Shown here: positions 9,701 through 21,400 of the stretch, piece after piece
How the letters are laid out: each line of letters opens with the position of its first letter
Position numbering within the stretch: position 1 is the stretch's first letter
Source of the DNA: Eledone cirrhosa
Taxonomy: Eukaryota
Direction of reading: 5' to 3'
NCBI GenBank assembly: GCA_964016885.1
Contig: OZ024743.1
Location: forward strand, 134,540,001-134,604,000
Length of the DNA: 64,000 nucleotides
Notes under the pieces: generated by a model
Seen by the model: only the letters and a program-made list of their open reading frames with translations
What the model was told of the DNA's origin: nothing
The model's database searches: none
Made by a program: the position numbers and the translations under genes

Positions 9701-12700
9701 GTGCTTGGTGCTTGGTGCTTGGTGTTTGGTGTTTGTGTTTGCTGTTTGGCGTTTGCTGTTTGGTGTTTGCTGTTTGGTGTTTCTTGGTTGGTGTTTGGTG
9801 TTTGCTATTTGCTGTTTGGTGTTTGCTGTTTGGTGTTTGGTCTTTAGTGTTTGCTGTTTGGTGTTTGGTGTTTGGTGCTTGGGGCTTGGTGTTTGCTCTT
9901 TGGTGCTTGGTGATTGGTTTTTGGTGTTTGGTGCTTGGTGCTTGGTGTATGGTGTTTGGTGCTTGGTGCTTGGTGCTTGGTGCTTGGTGTTTGGTGTTTG
10001 GTGCTTGGTGCTTGGTGTTTGGTGTTTGGTGCTTGGTGCTTGGTTCTGGGTGCTTGGTGCTTGGTGTTTGGTGTTTGGTGCTTGGTGCTTGGTGTTTGGT
10101 GCTTGGGGCTTGGTGATTGGTGTTTGGTGCTTGGTGCTTGGTGCTTGGTGCTTGGTGCTTGGTGTTTGGTGCTTGGTGTTCGGTGCTTGGTGCTTGGTGC
10201 TAGGTGTTTGGTGTTTGGTGTTTGGCGCTTGGTGCTTGGTGTTTGGTGCTTGGTGCTTGGTGTTTGGTGTTTGGTGCTTGGTGCTTGGTGCTTGGTGCTT
10301 GGTGTTTGGTGTTTGGTGCTTGGAGCTTGGTGTTTGGTGTTTGGTGGTTGGTGCTTTGTTCTGGGTGCTTGGTGTTTGGTGTATGGTGCTGGGTGCTTGC
10401 TATTTGGTGCTTGGGGCTTGGTGCTTGGTGTTTGGTGCTTGGTGCTTGGTGCTAGGTGTATGGTGTTTGGTGTTTGGCGCTTGGTGCTTGGTGTTTGGTG
10501 ATTGGTCCTTGGTGTTTGGTGTTTGGTGCTTGGTGCTTGGTGTTTGGTATTTGGTGCTTGGCGCTTGGTGTTTGGTGTTTGGTCCTTGGCGTTTGCTGTT
10601 TGGCGTTTGGGGTTTGGCGTTTGCTTTTTGGCGTTTGCTGTTTGGTGTTTGGTGCTTGGTGTTTGGTGTTTGGTACTTGGTGCTTGGTGTTTGGTGTTTG
10701 GTGCTTGGTGCTTGGTGTTTGGTGTTTGTTGCTTGGCGCTTGGTCTTTGGTGTTTGGCGCTTGGCGTTTGCTGTTTGGCGTTTGGGGTTTGGCATTTGCT
10801 GTTTGGCGTTTGGGGTTTGGCGTTTGCTTTTTGGCGTTTGGTGTTTCGTGTTTGGTGTTTGGTGTTTGCTGTTTGGTGTTTGCTGTTTGGTGTTTGCTGT
10901 TTGGTGTTTGGTGTTTGGTGTTTGCTGGTTGGTGTTTGGTGTTTGGTGTTTGCTGTTTGGTGTTTGCTGTTTGGTGCTTGGTGCTTGGTGTTTGGTGCAT
11001 GGTGCTTGGTGCTTGGTGCTTGGTGTTTGGTGCTTGGTGCTTGGTGTTTGGTGCTTGGGGCTTGGTGCTTGGTGTTTGGTGCTTGGTCTTTGGTGTTTCC
11101 TGGTTGGTGTTTGGTGTTTGCTGTTTGGTGTTTGGTGTTTGCTGTTTGGTATTTGCTATTTGGTGTTTTGTGTTTGCTGTTTGGTGTTTGGTGTTTAGTG
11201 TTTGCTATTTGGTGTTTGGTGTTTGGTGTTTGGTGCTTGGGGCTTGGTGTTTGCTCTTTGGTGCTTGGTCATTGGTTTTTGGTGTTTGGTGCTTGGTGCT
11301 TGGTGTTTGGTGCTTGGTGCTTGGTGTTTGGTGCTTGGTGCTTGGTGTTTGGTGTTTGGTGCTTGGTGCTTGCTGTTTGGTGATTGGTGCTTGGTGTTTG
11401 GTGCTTGGTGCTTGGTGTTTGGTGCTTGGTGGTTGGTGCTTGGTGTTTGGTGCTTGGTGCTTGGTGTTTGGTGTTTGGCGCTTGGTGCTTGGTGTTTGGT
11501 GCTTGGTGCTTGGTGTTTGGTGTTTGGTGCTTGGTGCTTGCTGTCTGGTGTTTGGTGCTTGGTTCTTGGTGTTTGGTGCTTGGTGCCTGGTACTTGGTGT
11601 TTGGTGCTCGGTGCTTGGTGCTTGGTGTTTCGTGCTTGGTGCTAGGTGTTTGGTCTTTGACGCTTGGTGCTTGGTGTTTGGTGCTTGGTACTTGGTTTTC
11701 GGTGTTTGGCGTTAGGTGTTTGGTGCTTGGTGCTTGGTGCTTGGTTTTTGGTGTTTGGTGCTTGGTGCTTGGTGTTTGGTGTTTGGTGATTGGTGCTTGG
11801 TGTTTGGTGCTTGGGATTTGGTGCTTGGTGCTTGGTGTTTGGTGTTTGGAGTTTGGTACTTGGTGCTTGGTGTTTGGTGTTTGGTGCTTGGTGCTTGGTA
11901 TTTGGTGTTTAGTGCTTGGTGCTTGGTTCTTGGTGTTTGGTGCTTGGTGCCTGGTGATTGGTGTTTGGTGCTTGGTGCTTGGTATTTGGGGCTTGGTCTT
12001 TGGTGCTTGGTGTTTGGTGCTTGGTGCTTGGTGCTTGGTGTTTGGTGCTTGGTGCTTGGTGCTAGATGTTTGGTTTTTAGTGCTCGGTGCTTGGTGATTG
12101 GTGTTTGTTGCTTGGTGCTTGGTGTTTGGTGGTTGGTGCTTGGTGTTTGGTGTTTGGTGTTTGGTGTTTGCTGTTTGGTGTTTGCTGTTTGGTGTCTGCT
12201 GTTTGGTGTTTGCTGTTTCGTGTTTGCTGTTTGGTGTTTGGTGTTTGGTGTTTGCTGTTTGGTGTTTGGTGTTTGCTGTTTGGTGTTTGGTGTCTGGTAT
12301 TTGGTGATTGGTGTTTGCTGTTTGGTGTTTGGTGTTTGGTGTTTGGTGCTTGGCGCTTGGTGCTTGGTGTTTTGTGCTTGGTGCTTGGTGCTTGGTGTTT
12401 GGTGTTTGGTGTTTGTGTTTGCTGTTTGGCGTTTGCTGTTTGGTGTTTGCTGTTTGGTGTTTCCTGGTTGGTGTTTGGTGTTTGCTATTTGGTGTTTGGT
12501 GTTTGCTGTTTGTTGTTTGGTGTTTAGTGTTTGTTGTTTGGTGTTTGGTGTTTGGTGTTTGGTGCTTGGGGCTTGGTGTTTGCTCTTTGGTGCTTGGTGA
12601 TTGGTTTTTGGTGTTTGGTGCTTGGTGCTTGGTGTATGGTGTTTGGTGCTTGGTGCTTGGTGCTTGGTGCTTGGTGCTTGGTGTTTGGTGTTTGGTGCTT

Positions 12701-12750
12701 GGTGCTTGGTGTTTGGTGTTTGGTGCTTGGTGCTTGGTTCTGGGTGCATG
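6770..12750 (+). repeat. Higher-order duplication, offset 3169-3183 bp (Y+X module dimer, 2 copies); boundaries approximate
   Basis: Matching ORF starts 8201/11384, 8533/11716, 8904/12087 and 9125/12308 (all +3183) and 7035/10204 (+3169). 6-bp marker unit at 9230 and 12413. Both copies share the rare units TTGACGC and TAGATGT. Confidence 0.9.
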
Positions 12751-13719
12751 GTGTTTGGTGCTTGGTGCTTGCTGTCTGGTGTTTGGTGCTTGGTTCTTGG
12801 TGTTTGGTGCTTGGTGCTTGGTGTTTCGTGCTTGGTGCCTGGTGTTTGGTCTTTGGCGCTTGGTGCTTGGTGTTTGGTGCTTGGTACTTGGTGTTCGGTG
12901 TTTGGCGTTTGGTGTTTGGTGCTTGGTGCTTGGTGCTTGGTTTTTGGTGTTTGGTGCTTGGTGCTTGGTGTTTGGTGTTTGGTGATTGGTGCTTGGTGTT
13001 TGGTGCTTGGGATTTGGTGCTTGGTGCTTGGTGTTTGGTGTTTGGAGTTTGGTACTTGGTGCTTGGTGTTTGGAGTTTGGTGCTTGGTGCTTGGTATTTG
13101 GTGTTTAGTGCTTGGTGCTTGGTTCTTGGTGTTTGGTGCTTGGTGCCTGGTGATTGGTGTTTGGTGCTTGGTGCTTGGTATTTGGGGCTTGGTCTTTGGT
13201 GCTTGGTGTTTGGTGCTTGGTGCTTGGTGCTTGGTCTTTGGTGCTTGGTGCTTGGTGCTGGGTGTTTGGTTTTTAGTGCTTGGTGCTTGGTGATTGTTGT
13301 TTGTTGCTTGGTGCTTGGTGTTTGGTGCTTGGTGCTTGGTGTTTGGTGTTTGGTGTTTGGTGTTTGCTGTTTGGTGTTTGGTGTTTGGTGTTTGCTGTTT
13401 GGTGTTTGGTGTTTGCTGTTTGGTGTTTGGTGTCTGGTGTTTGGTGATTGGTGTTTGCTGTTTGGTGTTTGGTGTTTGGTGTTTGGTACTTGGCGCCTGG
13501 TGCTTGGTGTTTTGTGCTTGGTGCTTGGTGCTTGCTGTTTGGTGTTTGGTGTTTGTGTTTGCTGTTTGGCGATTGCTGTTTGGTGTTTGCTGTTTGGTGT
13601 TTCCTGGTTGGTGTTTGGTGTTTGCTATTTGGTGTTTGGTGTTTGCTGTTTGGTGTTTGTTGTTTAGTGTTTGTTGTTTGGTGTTTGGTGTTTGGTGTTT
13701 GGTGCTTGGGGCTTGGTGT

Positions 13720-16700
13720 TTGCTCTTTGGTGCTTGGTGATTGGTTTTTGGTGTTTGGTGCTTGGTGCTTGGTGTATGGTGTTTGGTGCTTGGTGCTTGG
13801 TGCTTGGTGCTTGGTGTTTGGTGTTTGGTGCTTGGTGCTTGGTGTTTGGTGTTTGGTGCTTGGTGCTTGGTTCTGGGTGCATGGTGCTTGGTTTCTGGTG
13901 TTTGGGTCTTGGTGCTTGGTGTTTGGTGCTTGGTGTTCGGTGCTTGGTGCTTGGTGCTAGGTGTTTGGTGTTTGGTGTTTGGCGCTTGGTGCTTGGTGTT
14001 TGGTGATTGGTGCTTGGTGTTTGGTGTTTGGTGCTTGGTGCTTGGTGTTTGGTGTTTGGTGCTTGGTGCTTTGTGTTTGGTGTTTTGTGCTTGGTGTTTG
14101 GTCCTTGGAGCTTGGTGCTTGGTTTTTGGTGCTTGGTGCTTGGTGCTTGGTGCTTGGTGTCTGGTGCTTGGTGCTTGGTGTTTGGTGTTTGGTGCTTTGT
14201 GCTTGGTGTTTGGTGTTTGGTGTTTGGTGTTTGGTGCTTGGTACTTGTTGTTTTATGTTTGGTGCTTGGTGCTTGGTGCTTGCTGTTTGGTGTTTGGTGC
14301 TTGGTGCTTGGTGTTTGGTGATTGGTGCTTGGTACTTGGTGTTTGGTGCTCAGTGCTTGGTGCTTGGTGTTTCGTGCTTGGTGCTTGGTGTTTGGTGCTT
14401 GGCGCTTGGTGTTTGGTGTTTGGTGATTGGTGCTTGGTGTTTGGTGCTTGGGATTTGGTGCTTGGTGCTTGGTGTTTGGTGTTTGGAGTTTGGTACTTGG
14501 TGCTTGGTGTTTGGTGTTTGGTGCTTGGTGCTTGGTGTTTGGTGTTTAGTGTTTGGTGCTTGGTTCTTGGTGTTTGGTGCTTGGTCCCTGGTGATTAGTG
14601 TTTGGTGCTTGGTGCTTGGTATTTGGGGCTTGGTCTTTGGTGCTTGGTGTTTGGTGCTTGGTGCTTGGTGCTTGGTGTTTGGTGCTTGGTGCTTGGTGCT
14701 AGGTGTTTGGTGTTTAGTGCTTGGTGCTTGGTGATTGGTGCTTGTTGCTTGGTGCTTGGTGTTTGGTGCTTGGTGCTTGGTGTTTGGAGTTTGATGTTTG
14801 CTGTTTGCTGTTTGGTGTTTGCTGTTTGGTGTTTGCTGTTTGGTGTTTGCTGTTTCGTGTTTGCTGTTTGGTGTTTGGTGTTTGGTGTCTGCTGTTTGGT
14901 GTTTGGTGTTTGCTGTTTGGTGTTTGGTGTCTGGTGTTTGGTGCTTGGTGTTTGCTGTTTGGTGTTTGGTGTTTGGTGTTTGGTGCTTGGCGCTTGGTGC
15001 TTGGTGTTTTGTGCTTGGTGCTTGGTGCTTGGTGTTTGTGTTTGCTGTTTGGCGTTTGCTGTTTGGTGTTTGCTGTTTGGTGTTTCCTGGTTGGTGTTTG
15101 GTGTTTGCTATTTGGTGTTTGGTGTTTGCTGTTTGGTGTTTTGTGTTTAGTGTTTGCTTTTTGGTGTTTGGTGTTTGGTGTTTGGTGCTTGGGGCTTGGT
15201 GTTTGCTCTTTGGTGCTTGGTGATTGGTTTTTGGTGTTTGGTGCTTGGTGCTTGGTGTATGGTATTTGGTGCTTGGTGCTTGGTGCTTGGTGCTTGGTGT
15301 TTGGTGTTTGGTGCTTGGTGCTTGGTGTTTGGTGTTTGGTGCTTGGTGCTTGGTTCTGGGTGCATGGTGCTTGGTGTTTGGTGTTTGGGTCTTGGTGCTT
15401 GGTGTTTGGTGCTTGGTGCTTGGTGTTTGGTGCTTGGTGTTCGGTGCTTGGTGCTTGGTGCTAGGTGTTTGGTGTTTGGTGTTTGGCGCTTGGTGCTTGG
15501 TGTTTGGTGATTGGTGCTTGGTGTTTGGTGTTTGGTGCTTGGTGCTTGGTGTTTGGTGTTTGGTGCTTGGTGCTTTGTGTTTGGTGTTTGGTGCTTGGTG
15601 TTTGGTCCTTGGAGCTTGGTGCTTGGTTTTTGGTGCTTGGTGCTTGGTGCTTGGTGCTTGGTGTCTGGTGCTTGGTGCTTGGTGTTTGGTGTTTGGTGCT
15701 TGGTGCTTTGTGTTTGGTGTTTGGTGCTTGGTGTTTGGTCCTTGGAGCTTGGTGCTTGGTTTTTGGTGCTTGGTGCTTGGTGCGTGGTGCTTGGTGTCTG
15801 GTGCTTGGTGCTTGGTGTTTGGTGTTTGGTGCTTTGTGCTTGGTGTTTGGTGTTTGGTGTTTGGTGTTTGGTGCTTGGTACTTGTTGTTTTATGTTTGGT
15901 GCTTGGTGCTTGGTGCTTGCTGTTTGGTGTTTGGTGCTTGGTGCTTGGTGTTTGGTGATTGGTGCTTGGTACTTGGTGTTTGGTGCTCGGTGCTTGGTGC
16001 TTGGTGTTTCGTGCTTGGTGCTTGGTGTTTGGTGATTGGCGCTTGGTGTTTGGTGTTTGGTGATTGGTGCTTGGTGTTTGGTGCTTGGGATTTGGTGCTT
16101 GGTGCTTGGTGTTTGGTGTTTGGAGTTTGGTATTTGGTGCTTGGTGTTTCGTGTTTGGTGCTTGGTGTTTGGTGTTTAGTGCTTGGTGCTTGGTTCTTGG
16201 TGTTTGGTGCTTGGTCCCTGGTGATTAGTGTTTGGTGCTTGGTGCTTGGTATTTGGGGCTTGGTCTTTGGTGCTTGGTGTTTGGTGCTTGGTGCTTGGTG
16301 CTTGGTGTTTGGTGCTTGGTGCTTGGTGCTAGGTGTTTGGTGTTTAGTGCTTGGTGCTTGGTGATTGGTGCTTGTTGCTTGGTGCTTGGTGTTTGGTGCT
16401 TGGTGCTTTGTGTTTGGAGTTTGGTGTTTGCTGTTTGCTGTTTGGTGTTTGCTGTTTGGTGTTTGCTATTTGGTGTTTGCTGTTTCGTGTTTGCTGTTTG
16501 GTGTTTGGTGTTTGGTGTTTGCTGTTTGGTGTTTGGTGTTTGCTGTTTGGTGTTTGGTGTCTGGTGTTTGGTGATTGGTGTTTGCTGTTTGGTGTTTGGT
16601 GTTTGGTGTTTGGTGCTTGGCGCTTGGTGCTTGGTGTTTTGTGCTTGGTGTTTGGTGCTTGGTGTTTGGTGTTTGGTGTTTGTGTTTGCTGTTTGGCGTT

Positions 16701-18400
16701 TGCTGTTTGGTGTTTGCTGTTTCCTGGTTGGTGTTTGGTGTTTGCTATTTGGTGTTTGGTGTTTGCTGTTTGGTGTTTTGTGTTTAGTGTTTGCTTTTTG
16801 GTGTTTGGTGTTTGGTGTTTGGTGCTTGGGGCTTGGTGTTTGCTCTTTGGTGCTTGGTGATTGGTTTTTGGTGTTTGGTGCTTGGTGCTTGGTGTATAGT
16901 GTTTGGTGCTTGGTGCTTGGTGTTTGGTGTTTGGTGCTTGGTGCTTGGTTCTGGGTGCATGGTGCTTGGTGTTTGGTGTTTGGGTCTTGGTGCTTGGTGT
17001 TTGGTGCTTGGGGCTTGGTGATTGGTGTTTGGTGCTTGGTGCTTGGTGCTTGGTGCTTGGTGTTTGGTGCTTGGTGTTCGGTGCTTGGTGCTTGGTGCTA
17101 GGTGTTTGGTGTTTGGTGTTTGGCGCTTGGTGCTTGGTGTTTGGTGATTGGTGCTTGGTGTATGGTGTTTGGTGCTTGGTGCTTGGTGTTTGGTGTTTGG
17201 TGCTTGGTGCTTTGTGTTTGGTGTTTGGTGCTTGGTGTTTGGTCCTTGGAGCTTGGTGCTTGGTTTTTGGTGCTTGGTGCTTGGTGCTTGGTGCTTGGTG
17301 TCTGGTGCTTGGTGCTTGGTGTTTGGTGTTTGGTGCTTTGTGCTTGGTGTTTGGTGTTTGGTGTTTGGTGTTTGGTGCTTGGTACTTGTTGTTTTATGTT
17401 TGGTGCTTGGTGCTTGGTGCTTGCTGTTTGGTGTTTGGTGCTTGGTGCTTGATGTTTGGTGATTGGTGCTTGGTACTTGGTGTTTGGTGCTCGGTGCTTG
17501 GTGCTTGGTGTTTCGTGCTTGGTGCTTGGTGTTTGGTGCTTGGCGCTTGGTGTTTGGTGTTTGGTGATTGGTGCTTGGTGTTTGGTGCTTGGGATTTGGT
17601 GCTTGGTGCTTGGTGTTTGGTGTTTGGAGTTTGGTACTTGGTGCTTGGTGTTTGGTGTTTGGTGCTTGGTGCTTGGTGTTTGGTGTTTAGTGCTTGGTGC
17701 TTGGTTCTTGGTGTTTGGTGCTTGGTCCCTGGTGATTAGTGTTTGGTGCTTGGTGCTTGGTATTTGGGGCTTGGTCTTTGGTGCTTGGTGTTTGGTGCTT
17801 GGTGCTTGGTGCTTGGTGTTTGGTGCTTGGTGCTTGGTGCTAGGTGTTTGGTGTTTAGTGCTTGGTGCTTGGTGATTGGTGCTTGTTGCTTGGTGCTTGG
17901 TGTTTGGTGCTTGGTGCTTGGTGTTTGGAGTTTGGTGTTTGCTGTTTGCTGTTTGAGTGTTTGCTGTTTGGTGTTTGCTGTGTGGTGTTTGCTGTTTCGT
18001 GTTTGCTGTTTGGTGTTTGGTGTTTGGTGTTTGCTGTTTGGTGTTTGGTGTTTGCTGTTTGGTGTTTGGTGTCTGGTGTTTGGTGATTGGTGTTTGGTGT
18101 TTGGTGTTTGGTGTTTGGTGTTTGGTGCTTGGCGCTTGGTGCTTGGTGTTTTGTGCTTGGTGCTTGGTGCTTGGTGTTTGGTGTTTGGTGTTTGTGTTTG
18201 CTGTTTGGCGTTTGCTGTTTGGTGTTTGCTGTTTGGTGTTTCCTGGTTGGTGTTTGGTGTTTGCTATTTGGTGTTTTGTGTTTGCTGTTTGGTGTTTTGT
18301 GTTTAGTGTTTGCTTTTTGGTGTTTGGTGTTTGTTGTTTGGTGCTTGGGGCTTGGTGTTTGCTCTTTGGTGCTTGGTGATTGGTTTTTGGTGTTTGGTGC
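13720..18400 (+). repeat. Tandem X-type modules, period about 1.5-1.64 kb (3 copies), nested in the first 10 kb copy
   Basis: Terminal cassette unit TTGCTCT at 13720, 15203, 16840 and 18359. Near-identical ORF starts 14602/16232/17743 and 13961/15465/17102. Confidence 0.88.
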
Positions 18401-21400
18401 TTGGTGCTTGGTGTATGGTGTTTGGTACTTGGTGCTTGGTGCTTGGTGCTTGGTGTTTGGTGTTTGGTGCTTGGTGCTTTGTGTTTGGTGTTTGGTGCTT
18501 GGTGCTTGGTTCTGGGTGCTTGGTGCTTGGTGTTTGGTGTTTGGTGCTTGGTGCTTGGTGTTTGGTGCTTGGGGCTTGGTGATTGGTGTTTGGTGCTTGG
18601 TGCTTGGTGCTTGGTGCATGGTGCTTGGTGTTTGGTGCTTGGTGTTTGGTGCTTGGTGCTTGGTGCTAGGTGTATGGTGATTGGTGCTTGGTGTTTGGTG
18701 TTTGGTGCTTGGTGCTTGGTGTATGGTGATTGGTGCTTGGTGTTTGGTGTTTGGTGCTTGGTGCTTGGTGTTTGGTGTTTGGTGCTTGGTGCTTGGTGCA
18801 TGGTGCTTCGTGTTTGGTGTTTGGTGCTTGGAGCTTGGTGTTTGGTGTTTGGTGCTTGGTGCTTTGTTCTGGGTGCTTGGTGCTTGGTGTTTGGTGCTTG
18901 GTGCTTGGTGCTTGGTGCTTGGTGCTTGGTGTTTGGTGCTTGGTGTTTGGTGCTTGGTGCTTGGTGCTAGGTGTTTGGTGTTTGGTGTTTGGTGCTTGGT
19001 GCTTGGTGTTTGGTGATTGGTCCTTGGTGTTTGGTGTTTGGTGTTTGGTGTTTGGTGCTTGGTGCTAGGTGCTTGGTGCTTGGTGTTTGGTGTTTGGTGC
19101 TTGGTGGTTGGTGTTTGGTGTTTGGTGCTTGGTGCTTGGTTCTGGGTGCTTGGTGCTTGGTGTTTGGCGTTTGGTGCTTGGTGCTTGGTGTTTGGTGATT
19201 GGTCCTTGGTGTTTGGTGTTTGGTGCTTGGTGCTAGGTGCTTGGTGCTTGGTGTTTGGTGTTTGGTGCTTGGTGGTTGTTGTTTGGTGTTTGGTGCTTGG
19301 TGCTTGGTTCTGGGTGCTTGGTGCTTGGTGTTTGGTGTTTGGTGCTTGGTGCTTGGTGTTTGGTGCTTGGGGCTTGGTGATTGGTGTTTGGTGCTTGGTG
19401 CTTGGTGCTTGGTGCTTGGTGCTTGGTGCTTGGTGCTTGGTGTTTGGTGTTTGGGGCTTGCTGCTAGGTGCTTGGTGTTTGGTGCTTTGGGCTTGGTACT
19501 TGGTGTTTGGTGTTTGGTGCTTGGTGCTTGCTGTTTGGTGTTTGGTGCTTGGTGCTTGGTGTTTGGTGATTGGTGCTTGGTGCTTGGTGTTTAGTGTTTG
19601 GTGCTTGGTGTTTGGTGCTTGGTGCTTGGTGCTTGGTGCTCGGTGCTTGGTGATTGGTGCTTTATGTTTGTTGCTTGGTGCTTGGTGCTTGGTGATTGGT
19701 GCTTGGTGTTTGGGCCTGGTGTTTGGTGTTTGGTGCTCGGTGTTTGATGTGTGGTACTTGGTGCTTGGTGTTTGGTGTTTGGTGCTTGGCGCTTGCTGTT
19801 TGGCGTTTGGTCCTTGGCGTTTGCTGTTTGGTGTTTGGTGTTTGGTGTTTGCTGTTTGGTGTTTGCTGTTTGGTGTTTGCTGTTTGGTGTTTGGTGTTTG
19901 GTGTTTGCTGGTTGGTGTTTGGTGTTTGGTGTTTACTGTTTGGTGTTTGCTGTTTGGTGCTTGGTGCTTGGTGTTTGGTGCATGGTGCTTGGTGCATGGT
20001 GCTTGGTCTTTGGTGCTTGGTGCTTGGTGTTTGGTGCTTGGGGCTTGGTGCTTGGTGTTTCCTGGTTGGTGTTTCCTGGTTGGTGTTTGGTGTTTGCTGT
20101 TTGGTGTTTGGTGTTTGCTGTTTGGTGTTTGCTATTTGGTGTTTTGTGTTTGCTGTTTGGTGTTTGGTGTTTAGTGTTTGCTATTTGGTGTTTGGTGTTT
20201 GGTGTTTGGTGCTTGGGGCTTGGTGTTTGCTCTTTGGTGCTTGGTGATTGGTTTTTGGTGTTTGGTCCTTTGTGCTTGGTGTATGGTGTTTGGTGCTTGG
20301 TGCTTGGTGCTTGGTGCTTGGTGTTTGGTGTTTGGTGCTTGGTGCTTGGTGTTTGGTGTTTGGTGCTTGGTGCTTGGTTCTGGGTGCTTGGTGCTTGGTG
20401 TTTGGTGTTTGGGGCTTGGTGATTGGTGTTTGGTGCTTGGTGCTTGGTGCTTGGTGCTTGGTGTTTGGTGCTTGGTGCTTTGTTCTGGGTGCTTGGTGCT
20501 TGGTGTTTGGTGTTTGGTGCTGGGTGCTTGGTGTTTGGTGCTTGGGGCTTGGTGATTGGTGTTTGGTGCTTGGTGCTTGGTGCTTGGTGCTTGGTGCTTG
20601 GCGTTTGGTGCTTGCTGTTTGGTGATTGGTGATTGGTGCTTGGTGTTTGGTGTTTGGTGATTGGTGCTTGGTGTTTGGTGTTTGGTGCTTGGTGCTTGGT
20701 GCTTGGTGCTTGGTGCTTGGCGCTTGGCGCTTGGTGTTTGGTGTTTGGTGCTTGGCGTTTGCTGTTTGGCATTTGGGGTTTGGCATTTGCTGTTTGGCGT
20801 ATGAGGTTTGGCGTTTGCTTTTTTGCGTTTGCTGTTTGGTGTTTGGTGCTTGGTGTTTGGTGTTTGGTACTTGGTGCTTGGTGTTTGGTGTTTGGTGCTT
20901 GGTGCTTGGTGTTTGGTGTTTGGTGCTTGGCGCTTGGTGTTTGGTGTTTGGTGCTTGGCGTTTGCTGATTGGCGTTTGGGGTTTGGCATTTGCTGTTTGG
21001 CGTTTGGAGTTTGGCGTTTGCTTTTTGGCGTTTGCTGTTTGGTGTTTGCTGTTTGGTGTTTGCTGTTTGGTGTTTGCTGTTTGGTGCTTGGTGCTTGGTG
21101 TTTGGTGCATGGTGCTTGGTGCTTGGTGCTTGGTGTTTGGTGCTTGGTGCTTGGTGTTTGGTGCTTGGGGCTTGGTGATTGGTGTTTGGTGCTTGGTGTT
21201 TGGTGTTTGTTGCTTGGTGCTTGGTGTTTGGTGTTTGGTGCTTGGTGTTTGCTGTTTGGTGCTTGGTGCTTGGTGTTTGGTGCTTGGTGCTTGGTGCTTG
21301 GTGCCTGGTGCTTGGTGTTTGGTGCTTGGTGGTTGGTGCTTGGTGTTTGGTGCTTGGTGCTTGGAGTTTGGTGTTTGGCGCTTGGTGCTTGGTGTTTGGT

